NCBI RefSeq assembly: GCF_006345805.1
Contig: NC_043001.1
Span: forward strand, 31,124,001-31,188,000
DNA length: 64,000 nt
Source: Octopus sinensis
Lineage: Eukaryota
Direction of reading: 5' to 3'
Shown: positions 62,453-64,000 of the stretch, piece after piece
Layout: the number at the start of each line of letters is the position of its first letter
Numbering within the stretch: position 1 is the stretch's first letter
Notes under the pieces: model-generated
The model's database searches: none
What the model saw: only the letters and a program-made list of their open reading frames with translations
What the model was told of the DNA's origin: nothing
Program-made: the position numbers and the translations under genes

Positions 62453-64000
62453 CATTAATTTAAACAACCCCACTGCTCCCACAGCTCAATCACTGTCCTA
62501 CAACGTAAGACATAATTTTAAATGCTTTCCCCCTGCCAGTGTTTAATATAACGAAATCCCGTTGGAAGATCTTCCCCAGCCTCATATCCCTCTCCACAAA
62601 CTCCAGTCATTAACGGTTTAAAAAAGCTACGTATCCGAATTCCTTAGATGAGTTACTGCTAAAATAACTTAACTTTTCCAAGCCATTAAATCTAAACTTT
62701 CCAGTTAGCGTGTTCTACATTGGTGATTGGGTGAACTGAGCCGTTTATAATTCAGAGCCCAGCGTTTCCAATGAAATTCTTGAGAATTAAGAACGTCCAC
62801 ACACACTCACTCTCTCTCTCTCTCGTTCTTTTTTTCTCTCGTTGTACATTTTTTCATTTATTCATCAATTTACGAATAGACTTGAATAAAATAAAAAGGT
62901 AATTAATATTCTCAGCCATAATAATGGGAAAAGGAGTAGTTTTATTTCGATTTAGCTGGCCGAGCGAGTGTACTCATAACTATTGGTTGAACAATACTAA
63001 TACTAATACTCGATCGGCTAGAAATAGTTCACAAACAGCCCTCAAATCAAATCCTAACCGTCTTTAAAAATAGGGGAACACACAGAATAATGTATTTGTA
63101 GATGCAGCACGTCTGAAAAGGTGGAATAGTCACAGGTGGGCCACACTTTATCATAAATCTGATTGAGCCGTCTAAGCTGGGTTTAAGCACTAAGAACAAC
63201 CATTGCTTGGTTACAAGATTATTTGGTAAAATCATAAAAAATAGGTCACAGTTATACATCAACCTACGATGTACAGAACCCGTCCATAATGGCGCTTCAG
63301 CTGAAGGTTCAACATGCAAGAAGTATTTTCACTTCGAAAAGTCAGCAGTCTATTTTACTATCTATTCCCACCCGCAGAATGAAACGAGTCCAATGTCACA
63401 AGAACATGGATTTCCCATGAGTTACTTAAACAGCTTTATTCGCGAGAGTGGTTCCACACTTCAGTCTAAAAATATTATATCCATCCATAATTCTTTTAAA
63501 AATTCAGTGTTTTTTATCTTTCTATTATCGAGGGTTGTAATTTTGGGGGATTAATTTACCTGCTTCTGTGTGTGTGTGTGTGTGTGGGTGTGTGTGTGTG
63601 TGTGTGTGTGTTAAAGTTTGGCTTTGCAATCACGTGGCAGTAAGTTCCAGCAAATTGGGAATCACTTTGAATAGGTTTCCTCGATCATAGCCTCAAATCG
63701 ACGGAGAAAATTTTAATTTTGTCCATCTTATATTTATCAAATAAACATTTTTTTTCTATTATAGATTGTTTAGTTAATCATTTCCTGCAAAAGTTATTGT
63801 AAAGAATGAACATGTTTTAAAGTATATACAGTAAAAATCAGAAATGTTGAATTTCTAAATGTCTCAGAGAGACATGAGCGGTGGTGGAGCGATATAGTGG
63901 TTGTATACTGACAACTCAACGTGACAGTCCCGTAAGGGAATTACACCACCGCCATTTAGCCCTAGGAAACATCGACGTTTCCTGTCGGCTTTGACACATT

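Noticed and set aside
63047-63554. Overlapping ORFs of 90 and 115 aa near the right end
   Set aside because: No recognisable motif. The start overlaps an old repeat similar to 40750-40850.

Overview
Repeat- and microsatellite-rich animal genomic DNA. It is most likely Octopus or another coleoid cephalopod, inferred from the tRNA-derived SINE families and the very high (TA)n/(CA)n/(TACA)n load. One host gene is supported: a DRAM-family (Frag1/DRAM/Sfk1) membrane-protein gene on the minus strand. It has four coding exons (48451-48521, 34871-34924, 16758-16825, 4308-4453) with canonical GT-AG sites and matching phases. They splice into 113 aa: MWGQKLWLLPIIVFIAAPVFFLITYAIAVAFKHVDPAFPYISDTGTYPPESCVFGQLLNILALLIGMTLYIRFRQVDEMYQSSGRRLLLVFNKFAFGIGLLAAAGVSIVANFQ. 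The remaining 3' exons were not found and probably lie left of the window. The introns (13.5, 18.0 and 12.3 kb) and the upstream region are filled with dead mobile elements: two Tx1/L1-like LINE relics, R4/Dong-, CR1- and RTE-like LINE pieces, Penelope-like pieces (a GIY-YIG relic, inverted ends, hammerhead-like motifs), a Buster/Charlie-type hAT relic, a Tc1/mariner relic interrupted by an RTE insertion, two related non-autonomous Helitrons, several MITE/foldback elements and three abundant tRNA-derived SINE families (called A, B and C here). Almost all ORFs in the supplied track are microsatellite or SINE artefacts. The most notable observations are: SINE multimers sharing one fixed head-to-tail junction at five places; a TIR-bounded element carrying a tRNA-like Pol III cassette; hammerhead-ribozyme-like motifs; foldback MITEs with 8-bp TSDs and telomere-like cores; a 1.5-kb inverted duplication; and a spliced uORF overlapping the DRAM start. 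Family assignments come from motif recognition by eye without database searches, and repeat boundaries are approximate unless a TSD or splice site is quoted.
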